This document shows positions 53,606 through 62,890 of a DNA stretch of 64,000 bases, piece after piece. Source of the stretch: an uncultured Pelagibacteraceae bacterium. Its GTDB lineage: Bacteria > Pseudomonadota > Alphaproteobacteria > Pelagibacterales > AG-422-B15. The stretch covers positions 64,361 to 128,360 of the forward strand of contig CABZLP010000001.1 in assembly GCA_902526565.1 (NCBI GenBank). Direction: 5' to 3'. Position 1 is the stretch's first letter. Every line of letters starts with the position of its first letter. A program made the translations under genes and the position numbers. The notes under the pieces were generated by a model that was not told the origin of the DNA, searched no databases, and worked only from the letters and a program-made list of their open reading frames with translations.

Positions 53606-54949
53606 TTAAAATCCTAAAAACTGTCTCGTGAGATTTATAGGAACACGAAATATGTAATAAAAAATACTGGTCTTTGCGCCATAAATCTTAGCGGTACCGC
53701 GTAAACCTATCCTTGGAACCTCACCTTGACTGTCATGATAATTAGCAATGATCTTATAAGCTAAAATATTCTCAGATGTAAGTGCGGGTTTATATGAAGT
53801 ACGCAATACCTTACCGTCTAAAGAATTGAGAGGGTCACTATCTAAAAAAACTTTTACTCTGGCTTCTTTCTTAATCAAAAGAGAGTCTTTAGTAGGCAGG
53901 AAGATTTGAAATTCAATTTGTTCAGGATCAGCTATGGTTAATATTTTTTCTCCAATGTTAACTGGCTTCCCTTGCCAATCAGTAAAGTCTTCAACGACAG
54001 CTATACCTTCTCTGTCTGCAAAGATGATTGAGTATTTCAATTGTTCTTCTGCATATTCTGCTTCTTTTTTTCTCAAACCTACTTCTGTTGATAGTTCAAC
54101 TAAACGAGCTTTGTCATCTGAATTTGTAAATGATGACTGCTTGATGCGTAAAAGCTCTGCTTCTGCTACTTCAAGCTCTTGAAGCGCAATTTCATACTGG
54201 TTTTTAAAATTTAAATCATCCAATCTGACAAGTTCTGTCCCTGTCTTTACGTTTTCATTAGTCTTAATTAAAACTTCTTTTACCACGCCATTTACTGGTG
54301 AAGTCACAATGGTTGGATCTTTCGCAACTACTTCAACGGGCGCTAAAGCTGTCATACTAATTGGAAAAAACATTACTGCCGTTACAGAGGCAATCACTGC
54401 CCATTTAATCCATCCAGTAAACAAACGGTTGATATTTGAAATAATTATATTTTTTGACCTGAACGAGTTCAGTGCATGACTAAAGGTTTCTGAAATATGA
54501 AGTAAAAGATCTTTTTCAGAGTTGCTGATAACTTCTGATCTAACCATGACTAGATACCCAACATTTTTTTCAATCCACGAACGAAGAGGAACGAATATTA
54601 AATGTTTAGGAAAATTATCAGGAGTAATAAGATTTAACTCTTTTATAGAAGTATCGTTGAGATTAAATTCCGAAATATCATCAAAGCTGATCAGATCTTT
54701 TTTATTTATTAATGTTTCAACAAAAGTAACAGTTGGAGCTGTTCTATCGATAATTGATAGGTCAGAAATAGTATGTACTTTTAATCGATTTATACTTGAT
54801 CTATTGAGAAGAAATAAAAAATTATAATCAACTATGCTTCGCAATTCATTAGCGCAAATGAAAGCAAGCTCAGTTTCAGTTTCTGCATTACGAAACTTTT
54901 TCTCAAGCGTTATCAGTCGCGCAATTTTTATAGAGGAATTATCATTCAA
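53606..54949 (-). CDS. HlyD-family membrane-fusion protein with a ~170-aa cytoplasmic N-terminal domain (GAF-like?)
   Basis: Has a single TM segment (WIKWAVIASVTAVMFFPISM), then VTSPVNGVVKEVLIKTNENVKTGTELVRLDD, a coiled coil, and IFADREGIAVV...GEKILTIADP. The TTG start overlaps the upstream stop (TTGA), and its own stop abuts the next ATG. Confidence 0.7.
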   Translation of the reverse strand: MNDNSSIKIARLITLEKKFRNAETETELAFICANELRSIVDYNFLFLLNRSSINRLKVHTISDLSIIDRTAPTVTFVETLINKKDLISFDDISEFNLNDTSIKELNLITPDNFPKHLIFVPLRSWIEKNVGYLVMVRSEVISNSEKDLLLHISETFSHALNSFRSKNIIISNINRLFTGWIKWAVIASVTAVMFFPISMTALAPVEVVAKDPTIVTSPVNGVVKEVLIKTNENVKTGTELVRLDDLNFKNQYEIALQELEVAEAELLRIKQSSFTNSDDKARLVELSTEVGLRKKEAEYAEEQLKYSIIFADREGIAVVEDFTDWQGKPVNIGEKILTIADPEQIEFQIFLPTKDSLLIKKEARVKVFLDSDPLNSLDGKVLRTSYKPALTSENILAYKIIANYHDSQGEVPRIGLRGTAKIYGAKTSIFYYIFRVPINLTRQFLGF

Positions 54950-55665
54950 AATGTTGCCGTCCCACTCATTCCAGGAAGTAATGTTTCATAATTTTCATCA
55001 AATTTTGCAGTAGCGTCAATAGTTTGACTTACTGGATCAATATTCGCCCCCAAGGTATTCACTGTAGCACTATATATTGAACCATTTTCATCAATAACAA
55101 TACTTAATGGGTGGCCCTCAGACAACCATGCCAACCATTTACTTGAAATCATAAGTTTTGCTTCCAATATTCCAGAGCCAATGATTTGAATCATCGGTTG
55201 CTGCCTTTCAATGCTTTCATATTCATTCACAAATACTTTGGACATTGTTCCATCATAGGGAGCACGAATAATGCAACGATCTGTATTAAGCTGAGCAATT
55301 TTCAACTCTGACTTAGCCCTATCTACTGCAATTTGTGACAATTGAACTTCATACTCTCCAATGGATCTCATCGTTGCAAGTTCTTGATTGCTCTTCAAGG
55401 TTACGATGGCACTTTCTAACTCCGCTTGTACTACATCTTTTTGGGCTTCAAAAAAAGAACAATCCAACTTAATTAATATATCTGATTTTTTAAAATTAGC
55501 ACCTTCTGCAAATGGAATAGATTCAACTTTTGAGGCAAGTTCGCTTGATATTGTTGCCTCTTCAGTTGCCGTTACCAAAACACGAGTTGAATATTCTTCA
55601 GCTAGTAAATTAAATGGAAAAAGTACGCTGCAAGCAATAACTGCAAATGTTACAATATTATTCAT
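54946..55665 (-). CDS. Small periplasmic membrane-fusion (biotinyl-lipoyl/HlyD-like) protein with a signal peptide
   Basis: 239 aa with an N-terminal signal or anchor, then ISSELASKVESIPFAEGANFKKSDILIKLD, a short coiled coil, and IIRAPYDGTMSKVFV. Confidence 0.65.
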   Translation of the reverse strand: MNNIVTFAVIACSVLFPFNLLAEEYSTRVLVTATEEATISSELASKVESIPFAEGANFKKSDILIKLDCSFFEAQKDVVQAELESAIVTLKSNQELATMRSIGEYEVQLSQIAVDRAKSELKIAQLNTDRCIIRAPYDGTMSKVFVNEYESIERQQPMIQIIGSGILEAKLMISSKWLAWLSEGHPLSIVIDENGSIYSATVNTLGANIDPVSQTIDATAKFDENYETLLPGMSGTATF

Positions 55666-55675
55666 ATGGTTTTTA

Positions 55676-58600
55676 TTAGCTTACTAGAGATATAATCTTT
55701 TCACCATAGCTATCCGCTCTTTTGGCATGTAGCTTTAATTGCTCATCAAGTGGAATAAAAGAAATTTCGTCATCTAATGCCGAATTTTCATCATCTGTCT
55801 CAGCACCTGTTATTTCGTTAAGATCAATTTCAACTTCAATAATTCTTTCTTTTCCGTCTTCGTCTTCAGCAATAATCTTTAGTTCAAGTACTTGAAGACT
55901 ATCTGTTAAGAATGAGGGAGCTGCTGACCCTGTTCGACCTTTAGATGGGTCAGCTGCTATTTTTCCTGTTTGAGGATCAATAGAAATCCAATCTGGAAGT
56001 TCACCGCCACCTTTTAGCTCAGCTTTATACATTTTTACATTCGATTGATTGTTATCAATTACATCTAATGTGTATTGGCCTGCATCCATTTGAAGATTGC
56101 TTAACTTCATTGTACCTTCAAAATCTGTTTGAGAATTCAAGTTATTATTTATTGTTTGATTAGATGAATTGTTGTTCTCTCTGATCAAGTTTACGTTTGC
56201 GTCATTATCAACAACGATATTAGTTTGGCCAACAGTACCGCGAGTGAAGTCTTTATCATTCTTGATTTTAGCTTTGTCTAAAATAATGTTTATATCACGA
56301 GTATTTCCATCTTTATCTAATGCAACAAGTTGAACTTCTACCTGATCAATTCCATCTGGCATTTCTGCAGTTGTCTCACCTGTTTCAGGATTAACTTTAA
56401 TCCATTCAGGCAATGATTTTCCATCGGATAATTGTCCTGAATATAATTCAACATTCTTTTGGTTATCGTCGTTTAATTTAACGCCTACAGCTAAATCAGT
56501 GTTATCATCACCCGATACCTCGCTCGCAACTGCATCCATCAATCTCAAGCCACCATTAAACTTAAGTGGCTTAGATAGGGATGCGGTATCTGCAATTGAA
56601 ATAGTATCAAGAGTAAAGCCATCATCATCGATAATATTTACTTCATTAATATATTCCTGCATTTTTCCTGGCTTTACTTTAATTGGTTTAGTTGGCTCAA
56701 GAGTACCTTGTGGTTCTGGTTCATTAGGTTCTGGTGGGAGCGTGATAACATTTGGAATTACTTTAATGGTAAAGGTATGATCTGTATAAAGTCCTGCGCC
56801 GTCAATAGCTCTTATTGTGATTGTATAAATACCCGGTGTATCAATACTTCCATTGAGTTTTTTATCTTTTAGTTGGAGACCATCAGGTAAACTTGTTTCA
56901 GCATCAGTTTCAGGGTCAATAATTTTGTATTCAGCAATATCATAAATACCACTATCTGGATCGTCAAAAATCTGTCTATGCCTCAGGAATATTTTTTGAC
57001 CAGTAACATATGTTGGAAGATTTACGGGAGCTACTACCTCAGGTGGATCATTGATGCCAGTCACAGTGATGGCTATCTGAGCTTCTACAGGCGTTTCTCC
57101 ATCTGTTGCGGTATATGTGAAGTACTCCGTCTTAGTTTCACCAGGGTTTAGAGATTTTGCATTATTAGCCTTGTATTCATAGCTGCCATCGGAATTTATA
57201 GTTAAGTCACCATACGTTCCTGTTAGGGGTGATCCAATTGTCCCAGGTGTCCCCGTTCCAGCTTCTTCTCCTGTTCGTATTGTATTTACAGTTAAACTGT
57301 CACCATCAGGGTCTGTATCATTCTTCAATACTCCTTTTGAAGCATCTTTTACTCCTGTCGCACCTGCATCGATTTCTATAGTATCATCTTTTGGTACTGG
57401 CGGATCACTTTTACCAGTAACAGTTATCGCAATCACACCAATGTCTTCATTTGTTCCATCTGTTACAGTATAGTTGAAATATTCTATTTTGCTCTCGCCT
57501 CTTTTAAGCGCATCTGCTGCAGCCTGATCAGCAACATAACTATAGCTTCCATCAGCATTAAGAGTAAGAGTACCGTAAGTTCCTACAAGTCCTGAACCAA
57601 GTGTACCTGGGTCACCACCGCCTTCTGATTGCCCAAGTCTAATTCCAGAAATTGTTAATGACTCACCGTCTGCATCAGTATCGTCTGCGTTAAGTGCAAA
57701 TGTTGTATTAGCCGCTCTCGTAATTGTCTCACCTTTAGGAACAGTATCAGTATCGTCAACCGCTACAGGATCATTATCGTTTATTCCTGTTACTGTGAAT
57801 GTAAGATTTGCTGTTGACGTAGCCGTTCCATCACTCACCGTATACGTAAATGTATCTGCCCCAGTTTGACCTGTAACGAGTTGATCTGATTTTGTTTGAT
57901 CAGCAACATAAGTGTACGACCCATTCGCATTCACTGTCAGAGTTCCATACTCGCCTGTTAATGAAGCCCCTACTGTACCGGTCGCACCTGTGCCATCCTT
58001 TGATCCCGTTCTGATGCCAGTTATTGTAAAGTTTCCACTCGTATCATCCCCATCAACATCCGTATCGTCATGATCTAATTCTTGAGTGTCACTTACTGTT
58101 CGACTAATGGTTGCATCCTCATTAACACTATCTGTGTCATCAACGGCAACGATTGGGTCGTTTGCCCCATTTATGGTTACTGTAAGTGTTGCAGTGGATG
58201 AGTTTTTATCATCATCGTCCTTTACGGTGTATGTGAATATTTCAGAAACAGAGTCACCTGCATCTAAGGCTTCAGCTGCAGCTGTATTCGCTATGTATGT
58301 ATAACTTCCATCAGCTGCTACTGTTAATGTTCCGTAAGTACCTAAAACTCCAGCTCCTGCTACACCACTATTGCTTGTACCGTTTGACGAAACATTGGTA
58401 ACCGCAAGACTTTCCGTATCTCCACCAGTATCGTTTGTTAATACTCCACCTGCTGTATTAACTGTCAATGTCTGACTTTCAGTGGCAGTAGCTGTGTCTG
58501 CTGAACCGACAGGACCTACACCTGTTACAGTTATAACCAAATTTGCCGTATCGGTTGTTCCAGCGCCATCACTTACGGTATAAGTGAATGTATCGGTTGC

Positions 58601-61600
58601 AGTTGCACCATGAGCTAACCCGTCAGCACCACTGGTATTGGCAGTATATACATAGCTACCATCAGAAGCGAGCGTAAGGGTACCGTATGTTCCTGTTAAC
58701 TCTTGACCGACTGTCCCTCCATTGACTCCTGAAACAGTTAAACTTGAACTTGCATCAGCATCAGTATCATTAGATAAAACACCACTGCCAGCACTTATTG
58801 ATATTTGCGCATCCTCATTAACAGCGCCTGTATCATTTACTCCAACAGGGTCGTCATCAATACCTTTTACGGTGAAGGTTATAGTTGCTGTGTCTGTTCC
58901 AGTTCCATCAGTTACTGTGTATGTGAACGTATCTGTTGCAATATCTCCTGCATCAAGAGCATTAGCATTGTTAGCATTATAAACGAAGCTACCATTGCTT
59001 TGTATTGTTAATTGACCATACGTTCCAGAGACTGCATTTCCGAGAGTGCCTCCTGCTATCGCAGAAACTGTTAGAGGGTCATTATCTGGATCAGTATCAT
59101 TAAGGAGAACATCTCCTGAATGATCTCCACTTTCGTTATTATTATTACTATCTGTTCCTGTTACTGCAGATGTGCCGTCAGTAACTTGAAGCTGAGAGTC
59201 CTCAAGGATATATCCTGTGTCATTATTTCCTGTGGGAGGAACCACAGTAGTTCCAGTTACTGTTATTGCTAGTTGTCCTGTATCAGTATCACCAGCTTGA
59301 TCTGTTACAGTATATGTAAAGTAATCAACGACAGTTGCGTCATTAGCCAGACTAAGCGCATCAGGTCGATTGGCAGCGTAACTATACGATCCGTCTGCGT
59401 TGATCGTGACTGTTCCGTATGTTGTTGTAAATTCTTGGCCAAGAGTTTTTGTATCGCCACTACCTGTCTTTTGTCCAGTTCGTATCGCTGTAATAGTAAG
59501 ACTACCTGGAACATCATCAGCGTCTGCATCTGTATCGTCTTGATCAAGCTCTTGTGCATCGCTTGTACCTCTTGAGATTGATGCACCAGCATTTACCGCA
59601 TCAGTATCATTAACAGCAGTAATATCATCGTTAATTCCAGTCACCGTAATAGTTAATGTTGCAGTACTTGCATTTTTATCGGCATCATCTTTAAGAGTGT
59701 ATGTAAATACATCAGTAACTTGATCACCAGGATCAAGGGCATCAGCTGCTGATTGGTTGGCAACATATTCATAGCTACCATCAGCCGCCATGGTTAATTC
59801 ACCATAAGTTCCAGTAACAGCTTGTGCAGCATTACCACTATTCCCAGTAACGCCGTGAGTTATGCCAGTTATAGCTAAACTTTCAACATCGTAGCTTGCA
59901 TTGTCATCATCATTACTGATTACACCAGATGCTTCATTTACTGTTAAAGTAGCATCTTCATTGACTGAACCAGTATCAGCAACAGCTTGAGGGCCTACAC
60001 CTTTTACAGTGATGACTAAATCTGCTGTATCAGTTGTTCCAGCGCCATCACTTACGGTATAAGTGAATGTATCGGTTGCCGTAGCATCAGCAGCGAGACC
60101 ATCCTCACTTCTACCATTTGCAACATAAGTATAACTACCATCTGAACTCAAAGTCAGAACACCATAGGTTCCATTTACTTCTTGACCAACTGTGCCACCC
60201 GAAATTGAAGACACTGTGAGACTTGAACTAGCATCAGCATCAGTATCATTTGATAATACTCCACTTCCCGTGCTGACAGTAAGGGTTTTATCCTCGTTGA
60301 TTGCACCTGCATCATTATTGCCAACTGGATTATCATCGACTCCGTTAACAGTGATTGTTAGGGTTGCTGTGCTTGAATTTACATCATCATCATCTTTAAC
60401 TGTGTAAGTGAAGACATCAGTTTCAGAGTCACCGGCATCTAAGGCTTCAGCTGCAGCTGTGTTCGCCGTATAAGTATAAGTACCATCAGCTGCAACGGTC
60501 AGAGTACCATATGTACCTAAAACACCTTGAGTGGCGTTCCCACTATTCCCTGTAGAGTCTGAGGTAATATTTGTAACAGCTAAACTCTCACTATCATAAG
60601 CGGCATTATCATCATCATTTGCCAGAACACCAGTTGAAGAAGCATTATTGGCGTCTAGTGATGCATTTTCATTTACTGAAGCCGTATCGTTTACTCCTAA
60701 AGGTCCAACACCCGTAACTGTAATTGCAAGTTCAGCAGTATCTGTATCGTTTGGACTGCTTGTGTGATCTCTCACTGTATAGGTAAAGTAATCAATCGCA
60801 GATACGCCTGCCGCTAACGCGTCTGCCCCACTTCTGGTTGCAGCATAGCTATAGCTACCATCTGCAGCTACAGTTAATTCACCATAAGTACCATTTAGAG
60901 CCTGACCTATTGTGCCCGCTGTTGTTCCACTAGTTGCAGACTCTCTTCCTGTTCTGATTGCCGTGATTGTAAAACTGCCGGATACATCATCGTCATCAAC
61001 ATCTGTATCATCGTGATCTAACTCCTGAGAGTCTGAAGTACTTCTATTTATTGTTTTATCTTCAAATACGGAGTCGGTATCGTTTGCAGCGATAATAGGA
61101 TCGTTCACTCCTGTGATTGTTATTGTCAGCGTTGCGGTATCTGTAGCGGTTTGGTCAGTTACTGTGTATGTAAATGTATCTGTTACTGTATCACCAGGAT
61201 CTAGTTCGTCAGCTGCATCTTTATTTGCATTGTATGTATAGCTACCATCTGCACTCATAGTTAGCTGTCCATAGGTGCCATCTAGAGCGGATCCAAGAGA
61301 TCCACCGGATATTGCACTTACTTCAAGCGAATCTCCGTCAGCATCTGTATCGTTTGCTAAAACTCCGCTGCCAGCAGTTACTGAAACGCTAGCATCCTCA
61401 TTAACGGCTCCTGTGTCGTTGTTACCAACTGGAGCTTCGTTTGCAACTGGAGCCCTGGTAATGATACGAATAAAGTCACCTTTCTCACCATTTTTAGTTC
61501 CAATTCTGATAGTCTTGTTGCTATTTGAAATTTCAAACCAGTCTCCATTCCCCTCTTGACCAGGAGCATTGTCATTATTGTACTCTAAGTCCCTCTTACC

Positions 61601-62704
61601 AATTTTATCAGAGCTCATTGTTGGATAAGTCCCACCAGCCATTGAAACCCCGGACATCGCAATCGTATTTTGTGGCAATGCAAACACACCAAGTATTTCA
61701 TAATCAAAAGTTACTTGACCTACTCGGCTACCAGTTCGTCTAGAGTTACCATTAGTTTCATCGTTAGAGAAAAGTAAATACACATGTACAGGCTCACTCG
61801 TACTTGGTGTATGTGAACTCTTTGCTCCAGAGACATCAAAGTTTAAGGTCCCTGTACCGCTATTAACATCTGCTCTTTCTTGGACAATTATAAATCGATC
61901 TGAAGAAGAGTCCTGTACTCCATTATTATTAGTGCTATCGCCAGAAACTTGTGCCCTAAAGTTGGTTGCAGAAGAAGAAAGGTTAACAATACTTGAGTTA
62001 ATAGAAGTTATATCGTTAGCAAGCGAATAATCATAATTTTCAACATCAATATTTTTTGTCTCGATGATACCTGTATGTTTCTCCAAATCCCAGTCGCCGC
62101 CTTTACCAGTCACATCATCTGATGCTGCTACATCTGCATCCGTAATTTCAGCAATTTGTTTAATTAAAATTTCACCACTTAGATCCGCCGCTACGTTACA
62201 ACCATAAAATAAAATATCTCCATTTTCTGAAAGACTGGTTCCAATTTCTTGGAGAATATTTTCATAAGCATTCAATGTGTCACTGTTTAACACAGCTGTG
62301 CCAAATGCAATCTGTCCTATACTTCCGTGACCAATGACGTGAACCGCATCAATATTTTCTTGAGAAGATAAAATATTTTGCATGGTAACAAATCCATCTT
62401 GATCACTTTGTATGACATGCACTTCAGTATTTTTATCGAAACTATTAATGAGAGTTTCAATATCTTCAACTGTACTATCAATAAATATAAACTGTCTTAA
62501 TTTTGCATTTTGAGTTGACGCATCTAAATTTACAAAAGGTAACTTTGTGTCTTTATCAACTTTGAAGTGATCAGCTTTAGATGACTTATCATTATCTGAC
62601 TTTTGAAACTGAGCTAGATCATCAACCACATCAATTGCAGTTGCTACTGCAGCACCGTCCAGCATAAGACGGGGTTCCAAGGCCTGAATAAGTTTATTGC
62701 TCAT
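55676..62704 (-). CDS. Giant (2342 aa) secreted/surface repeat protein: DUF4347 N-domain, 12 VCBS/cadherin-like repeats and C-terminal dystroglycan-type cadherin-like (CADG/He_PIG-like) domains
   Basis: The N-terminus reads ...LEPRLMLDGAAVATA.., followed by a DUF4347-like ~200 aa (HVIGHGSIGQIAFG, LFYGCNVAA). Twelve units carry NDTDADGD.L...GTYG.LT...DGSY.Y......D.FTYTV.D....TATLTITV.G.ND. C-terminal units carry LPDGL / LPEWIKVNPETG / LPDWISIDPQTG. Confidence 0.85.
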   Translation of the reverse strand: MSNKLIQALEPRLMLDGAAVATAIDVVDDLAQFQKSDNDKSSKADHFKVDKDTKLPFVNLDASTQNAKLRQFIFIDSTVEDIETLINSFDKNTEVHVIQSDQDGFVTMQNILSSQENIDAVHVIGHGSIGQIAFGTAVLNSDTLNAYENILQEIGTSLSENGDILFYGCNVAADLSGEILIKQIAEITDADVAASDDVTGKGGDWDLEKHTGIIETKNIDVENYDYSLANDITSINSSIVNLSSSATNFRAQVSGDSTNNNGVQDSSSDRFIIVQERADVNSGTGTLNFDVSGAKSSHTPSTSEPVHVYLLFSNDETNGNSRRTGSRVGQVTFDYEILGVFALPQNTIAMSGVSMAGGTYPTMSSDKIGKRDLEYNNDNAPGQEGNGDWFEISNSNKTIRIGTKNGEKGDFIRIITRAPVANEAPVGNNDTGAVNEDASVSVTAGSGVLANDTDADGDSLEVSAISGGSLGSALDGTYGQLTMSADGSYTYNANKDAADELDPGDTVTDTFTYTVTDQTATDTATLTITITGVNDPIIAANDTDSVFEDKTINRSTSDSQELDHDDTDVDDDDVSGSFTITAIRTGRESATSGTTAGTIGQALNGTYGELTVAADGSYSYAATRSGADALAAGVSAIDYFTYTVRDHTSSPNDTDTAELAITVTGVGPLGVNDTASVNENASLDANNASSTGVLANDDDNAAYDSESLAVTNITSDSTGNSGNATQGVLGTYGTLTVAADGTYTYTANTAAAEALDAGDSETDVFTYTVKDDDDVNSSTATLTITVNGVDDNPVGNNDAGAINEDKTLTVSTGSGVLSNDTDADASSSLTVSSISGGTVGQEVNGTYGVLTLSSDGSYTYVANGRSEDGLAADATATDTFTYTVSDGAGTTDTADLVITVKGVGPQAVADTGSVNEDATLTVNEASGVISNDDDNASYDVESLAITGITHGVTGNSGNAAQAVTGTYGELTMAADGSYEYVANQSAADALDPGDQVTDVFTYTLKDDADKNASTATLTITVTGINDDITAVNDTDAVNAGASISRGTSDAQELDQDDTDADADDVPGSLTITAIRTGQKTGSGDTKTLGQEFTTTYGTVTINADGSYSYAANRPDALSLANDATVVDYFTYTVTDQAGDTDTGQLAITVTGTTVVPPTGNNDTGYILEDSQLQVTDGTSAVTGTDSNNNNESGDHSGDVLLNDTDPDNDPLTVSAIAGGTLGNAVSGTYGQLTIQSNGSFVYNANNANALDAGDIATDTFTYTVTDGTGTDTATITFTVKGIDDDPVGVNDTGAVNEDAQISISAGSGVLSNDTDADASSSLTVSGVNGGTVGQELTGTYGTLTLASDGSYVYTANTSGADGLAHGATATDTFTYTVSDGAGTTDTANLVITVTGVGPVGSADTATATESQTLTVNTAGGVLTNDTGGDTESLAVTNVSSNGTSNSGVAGAGVLGTYGTLTVAADGSYTYIANTAAAEALDAGDSVSEIFTYTVKDDDDKNSSTATLTVTINGANDPIVAVDDTDSVNEDATISRTVSDTQELDHDDTDVDGDDTSGNFTITGIRTGSKDGTGATGTVGASLTGEYGTLTVNANGSYTYVADQTKSDQLVTGQTGADTFTYTVSDGTATSTANLTFTVTGINDNDPVAVDDTDTVPKGETITRAANTTFALNADDTDADGESLTISGIRLGQSEGGGDPGTLGSGLVGTYGTLTLNADGSYSYVADQAAADALKRGESKIEYFNYTVTDGTNEDIGVIAITVTGKSDPPVPKDDTIEIDAGATGVKDASKGVLKNDTDPDGDSLTVNTIRTGEEAGTGTPGTIGSPLTGTYGDLTINSDGSYEYKANNAKSLNPGETKTEYFTYTATDGETPVEAQIAITVTGINDPPEVVAPVNLPTYVTGQKIFLRHRQIFDDPDSGIYDIAEYKIIDPETDAETSLPDGLQLKDKKLNGSIDTPGIYTITIRAIDGAGLYTDHTFTIKVIPNVITLPPEPNEPEPQGTLEPTKPIKVKPGKMQEYINEVNIIDDDGFTLDTISIADTASLSKPLKFNGGLRLMDAVASEVSGDDNTDLAVGVKLNDDNQKNVELYSGQLSDGKSLPEWIKVNPETGETTAEMPDGIDQVEVQLVALDKDGNTRDINIILDKAKIKNDKDFTRGTVGQTNIVVDNDANVNLIRENNNSSNQTINNNLNSQTDFEGTMKLSNLQMDAGQYTLDVIDNNQSNVKMYKAELKGGGELPDWISIDPQTGKIAADPSKGRTGSAAPSFLTDSLQVLELKIIAEDEDGKERIIEVEIDLNEITGAETDDENSALDDEISFIPLDEQLKLHAKRADSYGEKIISLVS
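57050..61450 (-). repeat. In-frame tandem array of 12 divergent ~113-131-codon VCBS-type repeats (three subtypes)
   Basis: The protein repeats were counted by hand. At the DNA level there are exact repeats, for example an identical 47-mer at 58554-58600 and 60033-60079, and an identical 25-mer at 58261-58285 and 60436-60460. Confidence 0.8.
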
Positions 62705-62890
62705 TTATATATATAATTTTTCGCACTAGTATGATTATTGGCATTTAGCCTTTTCTTTATACATGACTAAAATTCTAAAGGTACTCTCATAAGCTAAAAT
62801 TACCCATTTTGGGCAAATTTTTTTTAGAGTTTTGAGCCATTTGTCTATATTCCCTTCTCATAACAACTAGTAAACAGATATCCTTAATTG

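Noticed and set aside
55676-56900. RTX nonapeptide (GGxGxD) calcium-binding repeats near the C-terminus of the giant protein.
   Set aside because: I scanned the translation and found only isolated GG-containing strings (KGGGELPD, GKGGDWD) with no tandem nonapeptides.
57050-61450. Possibility that the periodic repeats are a CRISPR array or satellite DNA.
   Set aside because: The units are ~340-390 bp, divergent, in frame and translate into VCBS-type domains. There is no short repeat/spacer structure and there are no cas genes.
56499-61743. About ten 60-100-aa ORFs on both strands inside the giant gene.
   Set aside because: They are alternative-frame or antisense read-throughs of a stop-poor repetitive coding region. 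The 7-kb frame is clearly the real one.
62644-62660. LapG-type (BTLCP) cleavage site in the giant protein N-terminus (DGAAVAT).
   Set aside because: The consensus, as I recall it, is (T/A/P)-A-A-(G/V), and here the residue preceding Ala-Ala is Gly. There is no LapG-like or LapD-like gene in the window, and the N-terminal domain is DUF4347 rather than a LapA retention module.
62787-62840. 17-codon minus-strand ORF (MAQNSKKNLPKMGNFSL) upstream of the giant gene, considered as a possible precursor peptide for the RRE-like/S2P protein.
   Set aside because: It is too short to distinguish from chance and has no obvious RBS or leader-core features. I mention it only so that it can be checked for conservation.
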